Of a stretch of DNA of 33,154 bases, positions 24,911 to 33,154 are shown one piece after another. The first letter of the stretch is position 1; each line of letters begins with the position of its first letter. The stretch comes from a virus (lineage: Duplodnaviria; Caudoviricetes), in the IMG/VR virus record IMGVR_UViG_3300046718_000614, positions 1-33,154 of that record. One strand, given 5' to 3'. The notes under the pieces were generated by a model that saw nothing but the letters and a program-made list of their open reading frames with translations, had not been told where the DNA came from and did no database searches. A program made the position numbers and the translations under genes.

Positions 24911-26445
24911 TGCCGGTAATTCCCGTTCTTTCTGGCGGTGGCGATTTGTGCTGCGGTGGCAACGCCCCAGTTCGCTGCGTTGTTGGGGTCGCCACTGGTA
25001 TAGACACGGTTCCCCCAAACAGCGCCCGGCTGGATAGCACCGCTGGAACCACCGCCAGGCGACTTTGCCGCCGCGGGCTTTGCGGCCGCGGGTGCCGGGG
25101 CGGTGTATCTTACGGGTGGGGTCGCTGGCGCCGGTTTCGGCAGCGCGGATGTTCCCGAGGGTGCCACTGGGGTCCCTGCCGGCGGGGTCGTTGCTGGTGG
25201 CGCCGGCGCTGGCGCCGGCGCCATCGGCGTTGTCGGCGTTGCTGGTCCCGTCTGATAAATCTCCGGCTGGCCGCCGCCCATAAAATGTCGGGTGGTGTCG
25301 AGTTTGCCGGCAGCTTTCAGCGGCTCGATGATGTCGCTCCACGCCTGGTTGACCGCGGCATCGACACTGCCAAACGTGCCTTTGCTCGCCGGGCTGAGCA
25401 TCAACTGGTTCGCTCGGTTGGTGACCTGTGCTTTCAAGTCGTCCGAAAGGCGATACCGATTAGGACTGCTTACATCAGCCTTGCCCGGGCCAAAGATGCC
25501 GCCGAGCCCTCCGGGCTGGCCGTAGGCTTCGGCAGCCTTGCGGTCGACCGCGATATCGAGACTTTCTTTGGCCTGATTGGTCGGCAGCTGACCCCTCTGC
25601 CCCGCTGCTGTCAGGTTTGTGCTGGCTTGGCCCGCCGGTGTGTCGGGGTTGGTCGGCGCTGGGTTGGTCGTTGTCGCTGGCCCACCCTGGGACCCCGTTT
25701 GGGGCTGTGTTGCCGCGGGCGGCGGCGATACCCCATGCGATGCTGGCGGCGCCCCCTGCTGGGCGCCACGGCCACCCAGGACCGTTGCCGTGCTGGCTGG
25801 GTCTTGATAGTTCGGCATGTAAGTGCCGGGGGGTGACGCATTGACTTGGTTGGGTGTGGTTATCGTCGGGCCAGCCGGGCCAGCATTGCTTTGACCGCTG
25901 CTGGTAGCGGGCATCGGTGTGTTGCCCCAGCGGTAATTCTCGCCCCCTTGATTGATGCCCGCCACATCGCGCTGCGCGTTGGCCCCGATCGTCGCGGTGT
26001 TGACCTGGTTTTGCAGTTGAGCGTTAAAACCGCTCGGGGTGTTCCCGGCCGGGACCATGCCGGCCCCGGCATTGTACTGATCGCGTTGCGCTTGCGTCAT
26101 GCTGGGGACGTTCTGGATGACCCCTGCCAGATTGTTGTGCCAGGCGGTTTGCTCGTCGGCCGGCAGCGTCGTCATCCACGAGTAGATCTGCGCCCGGTTG
26201 TTGGGGTCGGCAGCGGCGTTGGGGTTGGCAAAGATCGTCGCGAGATTGCTGCGTGCGGTAGCTTGCGTGTTGAGCAGCTGGGTTTGCGTGTTCTTGTAGC
26301 GCGCATCAGCCAAGGAATTGGGGTCGGGAAAGAGCCCCTTGGCTAGGTTGGAGATCCCCGTGGCCCAGCCCTGGGACGCCGAGCCGGCCCCGGTGTTGAG
26401 GTCCGGGACGTAGACTGAAGGCCCAAAAGGATCGTTTACCGGCAT
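24907..26445 (-). CDS. Internal virion / ejection protein (512 aa)
   Basis: A/N/Q/G/P-rich; lies among the ejection genes. Confidence 0.65.
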   Translation of the reverse strand: MPVNDPFGPSVYVPDLNTGAGSASQGWATGISNLAKGLFPDPNSLADARYKNTQTQLLNTQATARSNLATIFANPNAAADPNNRAQIYSWMTTLPADEQTAWHNNLAGVIQNVPSMTQAQRDQYNAGAGMVPAGNTPSGFNAQLQNQVNTATIGANAQRDVAGINQGGENYRWGNTPMPATSSGQSNAGPAGPTITTPNQVNASPPGTYMPNYQDPASTATVLGGRGAQQGAPPASHGVSPPPAATQPQTGSQGGPATTTNPAPTNPDTPAGQASTNLTAAGQRGQLPTNQAKESLDIAVDRKAAEAYGQPGGLGGIFGPGKADVSSPNRYRLSDDLKAQVTNRANQLMLSPASKGTFGSVDAAVNQAWSDIIEPLKAAGKLDTTRHFMGGGQPEIYQTGPATPTTPMAPAPAPAPPATTPPAGTPVAPSGTSALPKPAPATPPVRYTAPAPAAAKPAAAKSPGGGSSGAIQPGAVWGNRVYTSGDPNNAANWGVATAAQIATARKNGNYRQ

Positions 26446-26457
26446 TTAGGTATCTCG

Positions 26458-27513
26458 CTACACAAAGGGTGTGTTGCCCCAGGTTTTGATAGTGTTCAAG
26501 AAGCTGCCAGGGCTGTTGTTGAGACCAAGGCTGCTACCGGCGCCAAGATAGCCGGCGCCGTACATTCCGGCCTGGCCGACGCCGGAGAGGATACCGGGGA
26601 GCGGATCGGAGGCAGCTTTCCAGGCCGCCACCGCAGCCTGGTTCTGGGCGGCGTTGCCGATGTCGGCTTGTTGCAAATCGGCAGTGGTGATGTCGCCGGC
26701 GCCGATCGCCTGCGAGACGTTGAGCCGCCCCTGGGTGCGTGCCTGGATAACGTCGAGCAAGCTCTTGTAGTAATTGCCTGCGGTCTGATAGCCGACCGTG
26801 CTTGGCCCCAATTGGGCCGGCAGCGATGCTTGGATCTGCCGCTCGCGATCCGCGAGAGGCAAGCTCGTGGTGTTGAGACCTTGCGTTACGTTGGCGATCT
26901 GGGCGAGCGGCGCCCCGTAGGATGCGACCGTCGCACGTTTGCCGGCATAGTCGCGGGTCTGCGCCGCGGCCTGGGCCAGTCTTGTGGCGATTGCCGAGGC
27001 GGTCTCGTTGCTGGTCGGGGCGGCTACGCCTGCGGGGTTGCCACTAGCATCGGCTGGTGCTGCCGCGGTGGGGCCTGTGGCCGCGCCGCCACCGGCCGTG
27101 GCCAACTGCATAATCTGTTGCTGCTGAGCAGCTTGGGCTTGGGCCGGGTTGACCTGGGACGTGGCATTGGTGATGGCTTGCTGCGCTTGAGAACCGATCG
27201 TCTTGGCTTGCTCATTGGACGAGGCAATCTGGGCTTCGCGGTCGGCCGTCGCCTGGTTCTGCGATGTCTCAAGCTGGTTTTGCGCGTCGGCGCGCGCCTG
27301 GATTGCGGACTGTTGGGTCGCATAATCGCGTTGCTGCTGGTCGCTCTGCGCTTGCAGCCGCTGCATAAAACCAGTGTTTTGCGCGATCTGGGTCTGCCGC
27401 GCCGCCGACATCTGAGCGTTGGCCACGCTGGCCTGGCTCTGGGACGACATGATCGCGCCGCCGACCGTGGCGGCAGCGCTGACAGCGGCAATGGCAAGGA
27501 GGGGTGTGCACAT
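26458..27513 (-). CDS. Internal virion / ejection protein with T7 gp14-like N-terminus
   Basis: Starts MCTPLLAIAAVSAAATVGG; Q/A coiled coil; Gly-rich tail. Confidence 0.7.
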   Translation of the reverse strand: MCTPLLAIAAVSAAATVGGAIMSSQSQASVANAQMSAARQTQIAQNTGFMQRLQAQSDQQQRDYATQQSAIQARADAQNQLETSQNQATADREAQIASSNEQAKTIGSQAQQAITNATSQVNPAQAQAAQQQQIMQLATAGGGAATGPTAAAPADASGNPAGVAAPTSNETASAIATRLAQAAAQTRDYAGKRATVASYGAPLAQIANVTQGLNTTSLPLADRERQIQASLPAQLGPSTVGYQTAGNYYKSLLDVIQARTQGRLNVSQAIGAGDITTADLQQADIGNAAQNQAAVAAWKAASDPLPGILSGVGQAGMYGAGYLGAGSSLGLNNSPGSFLNTIKTWGNTPFV

Positions 27514-27516
27514 GGC

Positions 27517-28371
27517 CTAGTTGATCCCCGGCGCTGTCGGGCCTTTGCCGCCGCCACCGGCGGCACCACCGGCACCACCGACCTGGTTGGCGTTGAAGGC
27601 TTGGTTACCCTGGAGGAAGTTGCCGATCCCGGTGGCCGCCCCGCCAAAGATATTGCCGATGGTCGACGAGGTCGGCAGCTGGCCGATCTTGGCGATCTGG
27701 TCGGCACCGGTCACCGAGACGTCTTGCAGGGACCGGTTGGTGTTGTCGATCGCGGCTTGCATGGCGTCGGGCGTGGCTGGTGACACCGGTTGCCCCAGGG
27801 CACCGGTCGAGAGGATCTGCGTTAGAAGCGAGTTCTGGGTCTGGCCAACCTGGCTCTTGAGGGCCTGTGCGGCCTGGGACGCGTTGGTGGCGAGGTCGGT
27901 CATCGCACGTCCCCGCGCCTGGTCGAGCGAGCCCTGGAGATCGGCGTGCGACTGGGAGTTCAGTTGTCCGTTACGGGCAAGACCAAAGACCATCTGGCCG
28001 TGCGCATTGGTGTATTGCCGGTCGATCTCGGGTTGCAGCGCCGCGACATAGTCTTTGGCGTACTGGTTGTAGTAATCATCGTTGTAAGGCGCAAAGGTCT
28101 GGTTGACCCAGTTGGTGTACTGGTTGGCCAGCTGCGAGCGGTTTCCGTCATAATTCGCCTGGACCTGGGCGGTCGTGACGGCTTCTTGCTGACGCTGGGC
28201 GTCCTGGGACTTTTGATAGTCAAGCGCTTCTTGCGACTGTTGCGCTTGCTGGTCGGCGATCTTCTGCTGGAGGTCGGCGTTCTGGCTGGCGATCTGCTGC
28301 TGCGCCTGGATCTGCGCTTGCGCGATCGGCACGCTGTAATCCGGACCTGGGCTCGCACCACCGAAGCACAT
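27517..28371 (-). CDS. Internal virion / ejection protein (284 aa)
   Basis: Probable start MCFGG at 28371; Q/A coiled coil; Gly-rich C-terminus. Confidence 0.7.
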   Translation of the reverse strand: MCFGGASPGPDYSVPIAQAQIQAQQQIASQNADLQQKIADQQAQQSQEALDYQKSQDAQRQQEAVTTAQVQANYDGNRSQLANQYTNWVNQTFAPYNDDYYNQYAKDYVAALQPEIDRQYTNAHGQMVFGLARNGQLNSQSHADLQGSLDQARGRAMTDLATNASQAAQALKSQVGQTQNSLLTQILSTGALGQPVSPATPDAMQAAIDNTNRSLQDVSVTGADQIAKIGQLPTSSTIGNIFGGAATGIGNFLQGNQAFNANQVGGAGGAAGGGGKGPTAPGIN

Positions 28372-28846
28372 CCTGCGGCGTCCACACGTAAGAGACGAAG
28401 TCCTCACCGTGGCGTCCAAGGCCGCGGCGGATCCCCTCTTCGCGGGCGCCTAGCGCTTCCACCATCCAGCGCCGGCTATCCCTGTGCGTTGCGAGTGCGA
28501 CCGCTTCCGCCCGATGAAATTGGGCGCGCAAGAGTGCGGGGATGATAAACCGTCGCGAGTGCTTTGTCATCGGCAACACGACATCGGGCCAACGGGGGGT
28601 GCCAAAGGCCCAACACGACCAGACGCCGGGACGTATGGGCCACGCACCTTGCAGTGAGATCGGCTCGTCGTCACGCCACCAGACCCAGGTCATGTCGCCG
28701 GTCCATAACATCACCTCGTCGACCAGCTTCTTCTCGTCGTCATCCCAGCGCAGGGCAAAGATCTCCTCGCGGTCGCGCGGGCGCAGGTGCTTAACGATGT
28801 GCTCGACAGCCGGGCGATCGACCGGCTGACGGATAGCGTCGGTCAT
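28220..28846 (-). CDS. GNAT-fold, T7 gp13-like virion assembly protein
   Basis: HLRPRDREEI, WAFGT and RWMVEALGAREEG motifs; canonical position between nozzle and ejection genes. Confidence 0.72.
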   Translation of the reverse strand: MTDAIRQPVDRPAVEHIVKHLRPRDREEIFALRWDDDEKKLVDEVMLWTGDMTWVWWRDDEPISLQGAWPIRPGVWSCWAFGTPRWPDVVLPMTKHSRRFIIPALLRAQFHRAEAVALATHRDSRRWMVEALGAREEGIRRGLGRHGEDFVSYVWTPQDVLRWCEPRSGLQRADRASADPGAAADRQPERRPPAEDRRPASATVARSA

Positions 28847-28849
28847 CGT

Positions 28850-29098
28850 TTAACCAATCCGCCAATCGGTGCCATCGCTGAAAACCGGCACGTAATTCGT
28901 GCCACCCCCCGCGACAACCGAATAAAAGATTGTTGCATCCGCATCGCTGGCAAAGCTGCGCACCCCCTGGTTCGCGACAGCATCAGGTAGTGCGGCAACC
29001 GTATAGTTCGCCTGGATACCCCCCAAATGCTGTTTTAGTACAATTGCCAGATGCGGCGCATCCGCAGGATGCGCCAGGCGTTTGAAAGTTTGGGCCAT
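28850..29098 (-). CDS. Small fibre/decoration-like virion protein (82 aa)
   Basis: ATG at 29098 coupled to the nozzle stop; YTVAALP...GVRSFASDA...VAGGG.NYVPVFSDGTDWRIG resembles fibre C-terminal modules. Confidence 0.6.
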   Translation of the reverse strand: MAQTFKRLAHPADAPHLAIVLKQHLGGIQANYTVAALPDAVANQGVRSFASDADATIFYSVVAGGGTNYVPVFSDGTDWRIG

Positions 29099-30525
29099 CA
29101 GCCGCCGCCTTTGACTTCGCCGTCTTGGTAGTTGATCGAGATCGAGGCGATGCGTCCCGGCGTGGCGTCCTGGGATGTCAGCTGCAAACCGATATGGGTG
29201 CCATAGCCGGCGAACTTGATCTTCTGGAGTGAAAACGTCTCCCCGGTAAATATCCCGCATCTTTCATAGGTAAAAGGCGCCCCGGGGTTCATCCCAATAT
29301 CCAAGGCCCAGCTGCCCTGAAGCATCAGGTCGATCGACGAAATCCGTTTCCAGATGCTGGGGGCCTGGTTGTGCATCATCGGGGTGCGCACGATCGCCGG
29401 GGTGCTGTCATATGTCAGCCCGTCGGCACCGCCATAAAGATAGAGGTCGTTCCCACTGCGCACATAGACCTGGTTATTGGTCGTCGCCATGTAGTCGATA
29501 TGAAAGGGCAAAACAAAGGTCGACCAGGCGCTGACCTTTGACGAGGGAAAATACGACAGGACGTAGATCGTATTATCAAATGCCAGCCAGTAGCGCCCAA
29601 ACACCGGTTCGATAACCGCACGCGCGACGGCCGCCTCGCTTGGGTTGGTGAGGATGTGGTTGGTCACGATCGGGTCGATCGGCGAGCCAACATCGATTAC
29701 CGAAGCAGCCATCGAGATGTTCATCGCCCGCAAGCTGCGGATACCGCTATCGGCTAAAAACATCACGTCACCAGTGCCAAACTGGATTGCCGAGAGCCCC
29801 GAGATCGTGCCGATGCGCAGGGTCTGGAGGAGAGCGTTTTGCGTCGGGTCAGGATCAAGATACCAGATCAGCGTGACCAGCCGCGCCATAACCGCCATGC
29901 GGTCATAGTAAACCTCCAACCCGTTGACGTATTCCGCATCGGCATCGTCCTGGGCCATCTCGATAAAGCCCGCTCCGCGGGGATCGTTGACGTTCTGGTC
30001 GGTCCACGAGGCAGGGTCGCCGACATCGGAAAACCGCAGGTTAGCCCCGTCACCGAGATAGACCTTGGAGCGATGGACGCGACAGTATTGACCGTTGACT
30101 GGAACATTCACCCCGCCTCCCGGGCCCAGCCATATCGGTTGGCTGGAGCCGTCATTGCCGCGGACAATGACAAACGGGTAGTTGTCCCAGACATCGTAAT
30201 CGACAATGCCGGTGATGTTTGTGGCACCTGTTGTCAGCGCAACGTTGACGTACTTGCGATTGACCGGAATCGGGCAATTGGGCACCGATATGGGGCCATC
30301 GCCAAACTCCATAGAATAGACGGTGATCTGGCCGTTCCACGCCGAGAGCCCCACGGTATCCGCCGGCAGCGGCCCGATATTGACAAACGCCTTGCGCCGC
30401 TCGATCTCGGCGCCGTTGGTCAAGACGCAGTCCTGCATCATCTGCAAGCTGCCCGGCGGCGCGGTCAGGGGCGATTTGCGAACGTCGAGACCGTGGGTGA
30501 AATCCTCGATCAGGAGGATCGGCAT
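29098..30525 (-). CDS. Tail nozzle / DNA stabilisation protein (beta-propeller)
   Basis: 475 aa, beta-rich; FTHGLD..., LRFSDVGDPASW and SAWS motifs; follows the adaptor gene. Confidence 0.75.
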   Translation of the reverse strand: MPILLIEDFTHGLDVRKSPLTAPPGSLQMMQDCVLTNGAEIERRKAFVNIGPLPADTVGLSAWNGQITVYSMEFGDGPISVPNCPIPVNRKYVNVALTTGATNITGIVDYDVWDNYPFVIVRGNDGSSQPIWLGPGGGVNVPVNGQYCRVHRSKVYLGDGANLRFSDVGDPASWTDQNVNDPRGAGFIEMAQDDADAEYVNGLEVYYDRMAVMARLVTLIWYLDPDPTQNALLQTLRIGTISGLSAIQFGTGDVMFLADSGIRSLRAMNISMAASVIDVGSPIDPIVTNHILTNPSEAAVARAVIEPVFGRYWLAFDNTIYVLSYFPSSKVSAWSTFVLPFHIDYMATTNNQVYVRSGNDLYLYGGADGLTYDSTPAIVRTPMMHNQAPSIWKRISSIDLMLQGSWALDIGMNPGAPFTYERCGIFTGETFSLQKIKFAGYGTHIGLQLTSQDATPGRIASISINYQDGEVKGGG

Positions 30526-31251
30526 TTATGGTCTCGCCGGGCCGGAGCCATAGCCGGGTGGGATGTAATCGATGCCAATGCGTGGCTGGGTCGCATCCCC
30601 CGTGCCGCCGCCGCCGACCACGAAGGGGCGGCGTTTATGCGCCGTCTGACGGGTCTGGAGCCGGTGCAGATAGGCGTTAGCTTTCTGGAGCTTGATCGGT
30701 GCGTCCTTGGCGTTCTCACGCGCCAGGAGTTCGGCCGCGGTGAACAGCACGATCATCGTCGGGTCCATAATGCACGTATCGTCCAGCGCGATGAGCTCGG
30801 GGATGAGCATATGCCCGCGCAGCCGCAGCGTGCCGGCTTGTGATGGGATCGGCCAGCACTCGAACACGTCCTGGTCGTAATTGTGCATCCAGCGCTGCAC
30901 CGGCCACGAGATAAACCCAAGATCCGAGTTCCAGATCGCAAAGTGCTCGGGGTAGATCCCGTATTCGATGGTGTTCCAAACGTTGTTGAGCATCACCCAC
31001 ATCATGTTGACTTGCTCGAACGGCATATCTTGGGGGTACGGGTAGTACCGCTGATTGGCCGCCAGATCGATATCTCTATCAATCTGGAGATTTGGCCAAT
31101 CGTAGGAGTAGGCCAGTTCGTTCTGGGTGCGGTTAATCAGGTAGGTGATCGTCTCGACGTCGTTGACCGGGGACGTCGAATGCCCGGCCTCCATACGGGT
31201 CGCACTGAGCAGATCACTGAGCAAACGGCCCGGCATCTTCGCCTTCCTCAA
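30526..31251 (-). CDS. Head-tail adaptor protein
   Basis: LINRTQNELAYSYDWP, YPYPQD and WPIP motifs, helical end; start may be the ATG of MPGRLL. Confidence 0.72.
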   Translation of the reverse strand: MRKAKMPGRLLSDLLSATRMEAGHSTSPVNDVETITYLINRTQNELAYSYDWPNLQIDRDIDLAANQRYYPYPQDMPFEQVNMMWVMLNNVWNTIEYGIYPEHFAIWNSDLGFISWPVQRWMHNYDQDVFECWPIPSQAGTLRLRGHMLIPELIALDDTCIMDPTMIVLFTAAELLARENAKDAPIKLQKANAYLHRLQTRQTAHKRRPFVVGGGGTGDATQPRIGIDYIPPGYGSGPARP

Positions 31252-31714
31252 ACCGGCCGCCGGCGATCGAGCTCACCCGATCGGCTGCGTGAGCGGTACG
31301 ATCACGGTGTGGTTTTTGCTTGGGGGTGGGCTCCGGGATATTCATGTTTTCGAGGCTGGGGCCTGGCCCCGGGGTCTCGATCACCTTCGCGTCCCGCGCG
31401 TCCTGGGCCGCCATCAAGACCGCCCGGGACTTGTGGAACTCGTCACTGCGGGCGGTGAGGTTTGGTCGCGCACCAGGAAAGCACTGTTGCACCGCTTCCT
31501 TGGGATAGGTCAGCTGCAAGTGGTGCAACAGATCGAGGTTCGACATATTGAGGGTGCCGACTTCCTCGATCTCGGTAACCGCATCATCCCCGTGCATAAA
31601 CTGCATGATGAGGATTTCCGGGTACGAAAGCGGGTTGTGCGCGCCACGGTAGACGACACTGTCTTTTGATCCCGCCAACTGGATGCGGCAACTGAGAAGT
31701 TGGAAGTCGGCCAT
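31214..31714 (-). CDS. Hypothetical virion-associated protein (166 aa)
   Basis: AAGGGA upstream; immediately after the capsid gene. Confidence 0.72.
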   Translation of the reverse strand: MADFQLLSCRIQLAGSKDSVVYRGAHNPLSYPEILIMQFMHGDDAVTEIEEVGTLNMSNLDLLHHLQLTYPKEAVQQCFPGARPNLTARSDEFHKSRAVLMAAQDARDAKVIETPGPGPSLENMNIPEPTPKQKPHRDRTAHAADRVSSIAGGRFEEGEDAGPFAQ

Positions 31715-31729
31715 AGGTTCCCTTTGCGT

Positions 31730-32812
31730 TTACGCGATGTCGTAGACCCCGGACTGGTTCAGCTGTTGCGCTACCATCTGACCGGTTGCCGTGAGTGATT
31801 TGTACATCACAAAGCTGTTATAGGGTCTCGCCGGCGTGAACAGATGACGCCACTCGTCATCCATCTTCATCAGGTAGATGTGCCGCGGATCGAACCAGTA
31901 CGCTCGCTTGGCATGGCCGAGATCGTCAAGCCAAGGGTCGTATTGGATGGTGATGCCGTTAAACATCATCCCGCCGATCGAACCGTCTTGCGGCCCGCGG
32001 AAACCACGCTGGGTGTAGACACCGTTGGCCCGCATCTCGACTTCCATCGCGTTGATGAAAGCACTCCCGGCAAGGAACTCGGTGGGATCACCGCCATAGC
32101 GGATCAACTGGCGGTATTCCTGCTGAAGCACCTGGAGAAGCGCACCGCCATTGGTCGCGGCCGAGGTGATCGGGGCGTTGCCGCCGGCCGCTCCCGCGGC
32201 TGTCGTGTAAGCCCGGTTGCGCCACCACGAGTGCAATGCAGCGTCGATACCGCCGACCACACCGGTTGCCGGGTTGTCGCGGATAATCGACTGGATACCC
32301 GCCAGCGCCTTGGGATCAGCGGTGCCGTCACCCCATAAAAGCTTGGTCATCGACCGGGCGTATTGCTCGCCAAAGTCGTTGAGCTTGTCCTCCAGGAGGT
32401 TGACCAGCACGGTCATCTCGCGCTGGGTATGACGGCTCAAATTGTCACCATTGCCCTCTTCATCGGTGACGCTGATACCGTCGATCTTCAATTCGGTATG
32501 GGTCAGGGTCAGACCGATATGGTGCTCGCGCCACGGGTAGTTAGCGCGCAGGATGTTGGCCGGCGTGTAGAAGTTGACGGCGTCGTTGTGGGTGTAGCCG
32601 ACAACGCTGTCGTTGGTGCCGCCGGCGCCAAAGTCGCCCTTGATCGCCAGCGAGATATTACCCTTGCCACCGGGGAAAGACTTAGCCGTGCGCTCTGCTT
32701 GGTTGAGCAACGGCTTGGCTTGGATCGTCTGTTTGAAAGTATCGCCTCGATTAAAATAGAAGTCTAAGGCGGCGTTTGCGATGTTGGTGATTTCTCCAGC
32801 TGTAAATGCCAT
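31730..32812 (-). CDS. Major capsid protein
   Basis: 360 aa after the scaffold; KPLL, LWGDGT, LAGIQSII, GGID, WWRN and FNGITIQYDP pattern consistent with HK97-fold capsids. Confidence 0.88.
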   Translation of the reverse strand: MAFTAGEITNIANAALDFYFNRGDTFKQTIQAKPLLNQAERTAKSFPGGKGNISLAIKGDFGAGGTNDSVVGYTHNDAVNFYTPANILRANYPWREHHIGLTLTHTELKIDGISVTDEEGNGDNLSRHTQREMTVLVNLLEDKLNDFGEQYARSMTKLLWGDGTADPKALAGIQSIIRDNPATGVVGGIDAALHSWWRNRAYTTAAGAAGGNAPITSAATNGGALLQVLQQEYRQLIRYGGDPTEFLAGSAFINAMEVEMRANGVYTQRGFRGPQDGSIGGMMFNGITIQYDPWLDDLGHAKRAYWFDPRHIYLMKMDDEWRHLFTPARPYNSFVMYKSLTATGQMVAQQLNQSGVYDIA

Positions 32813-32829
32813 TGGATTAGCCCTTCAGG

Positions 32830-33153
32830 CTAATGCACGCGCTGCGCACCTCGTTGAAGCCCAAGGATGGCTGCCTCCATCAGGGTCCTGGGTTCTGGGG
32901 CCGCACTGCCGTTGCCATTTGCGTGATGGACGTTTGAGGATGGGCTGAGACGTGTTGCGGCTGGCTGCGGTCGCGCCCGGCCGAGCACACGGTTGGCTTC
33001 CTCATAGGCTTCCTGGGCCATCGCCACTGCCTGTTGTGGCGAGGTTGGCCGCCCCTTTGACATGACAAGGGACTGCGAGAAGCGTTCGACAACGTCCGAT
33101 TTGAGCGCCCAATCGGGATCACGCGCCTTGGTCTGCGCCTCCCAGTCGGCAAC
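32830..33153 (-). CDS. Scaffold protein C-terminus (5'-truncated)
   Basis: Frame is open to the window edge (VADWEAQTKARDPDW...); Pro/Ser linker and terminal helix PRTLMEAAILGL; directly upstream of the capsid gene. Confidence 0.65.
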   Translation of the reverse strand, partial: VADWEAQTKARDPDWALKSDVVERFSQSLVMSKGRPTSPQQAVAMAQEAYEEANRVLGRARPQPAATRLSPSSNVHHANGNGSAAPEPRTLMEAAILGLQRGAQRVH

Positions 33154-33154
33154 C

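Noticed and set aside
29055-29075. 9-bp hairpin GGCGCATCC/GGATGCGCC
   Set aside because: Inside a coding region, 3-nt loop, no adjacent U-tract; plausible by chance in GC-rich DNA

Overview
About 33 kb of a GC-rich temperate tailed phage or prophage, podovirus-like in gene content and probably infecting an alphaproteobacterium (inferred from a CTTG-N-CTATAT promoter and the regulator families). From left to right: (1) a 15-bp tandem array and an iteron/AT-rich origin-like region beside an AEP primase-SF3 helicase gene (-); (2) a promoter, a candidate structured sRNA and a cassette of small genes, including a possible Acb2/Tad1-like helical-hairpin protein (+); (3) tyrosine integrase, excisionase-like protein and XRE repressor (-); (4) RuvC-like resolvase, SNF2 helicase, Cas4-like DUF2800 nuclease, DUF2815-type SSB and family A DNA polymerase (+); (5) an uncalled 25-aa hydrophobic peptide flanked by hairpins, then an attP-like non-coding region; (6) the virion module (-): scaffold C-terminus, major capsid, adaptor, nozzle, gp13-like protein, internal virion proteins and a 2637-aa polyvalent ejection protein with M15-peptidase, ART-like and HExxH/LPD1-like segments. 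No terminase, portal or clear lysin lies in the window. All family assignments come from reading motifs by eye; no database search was run.
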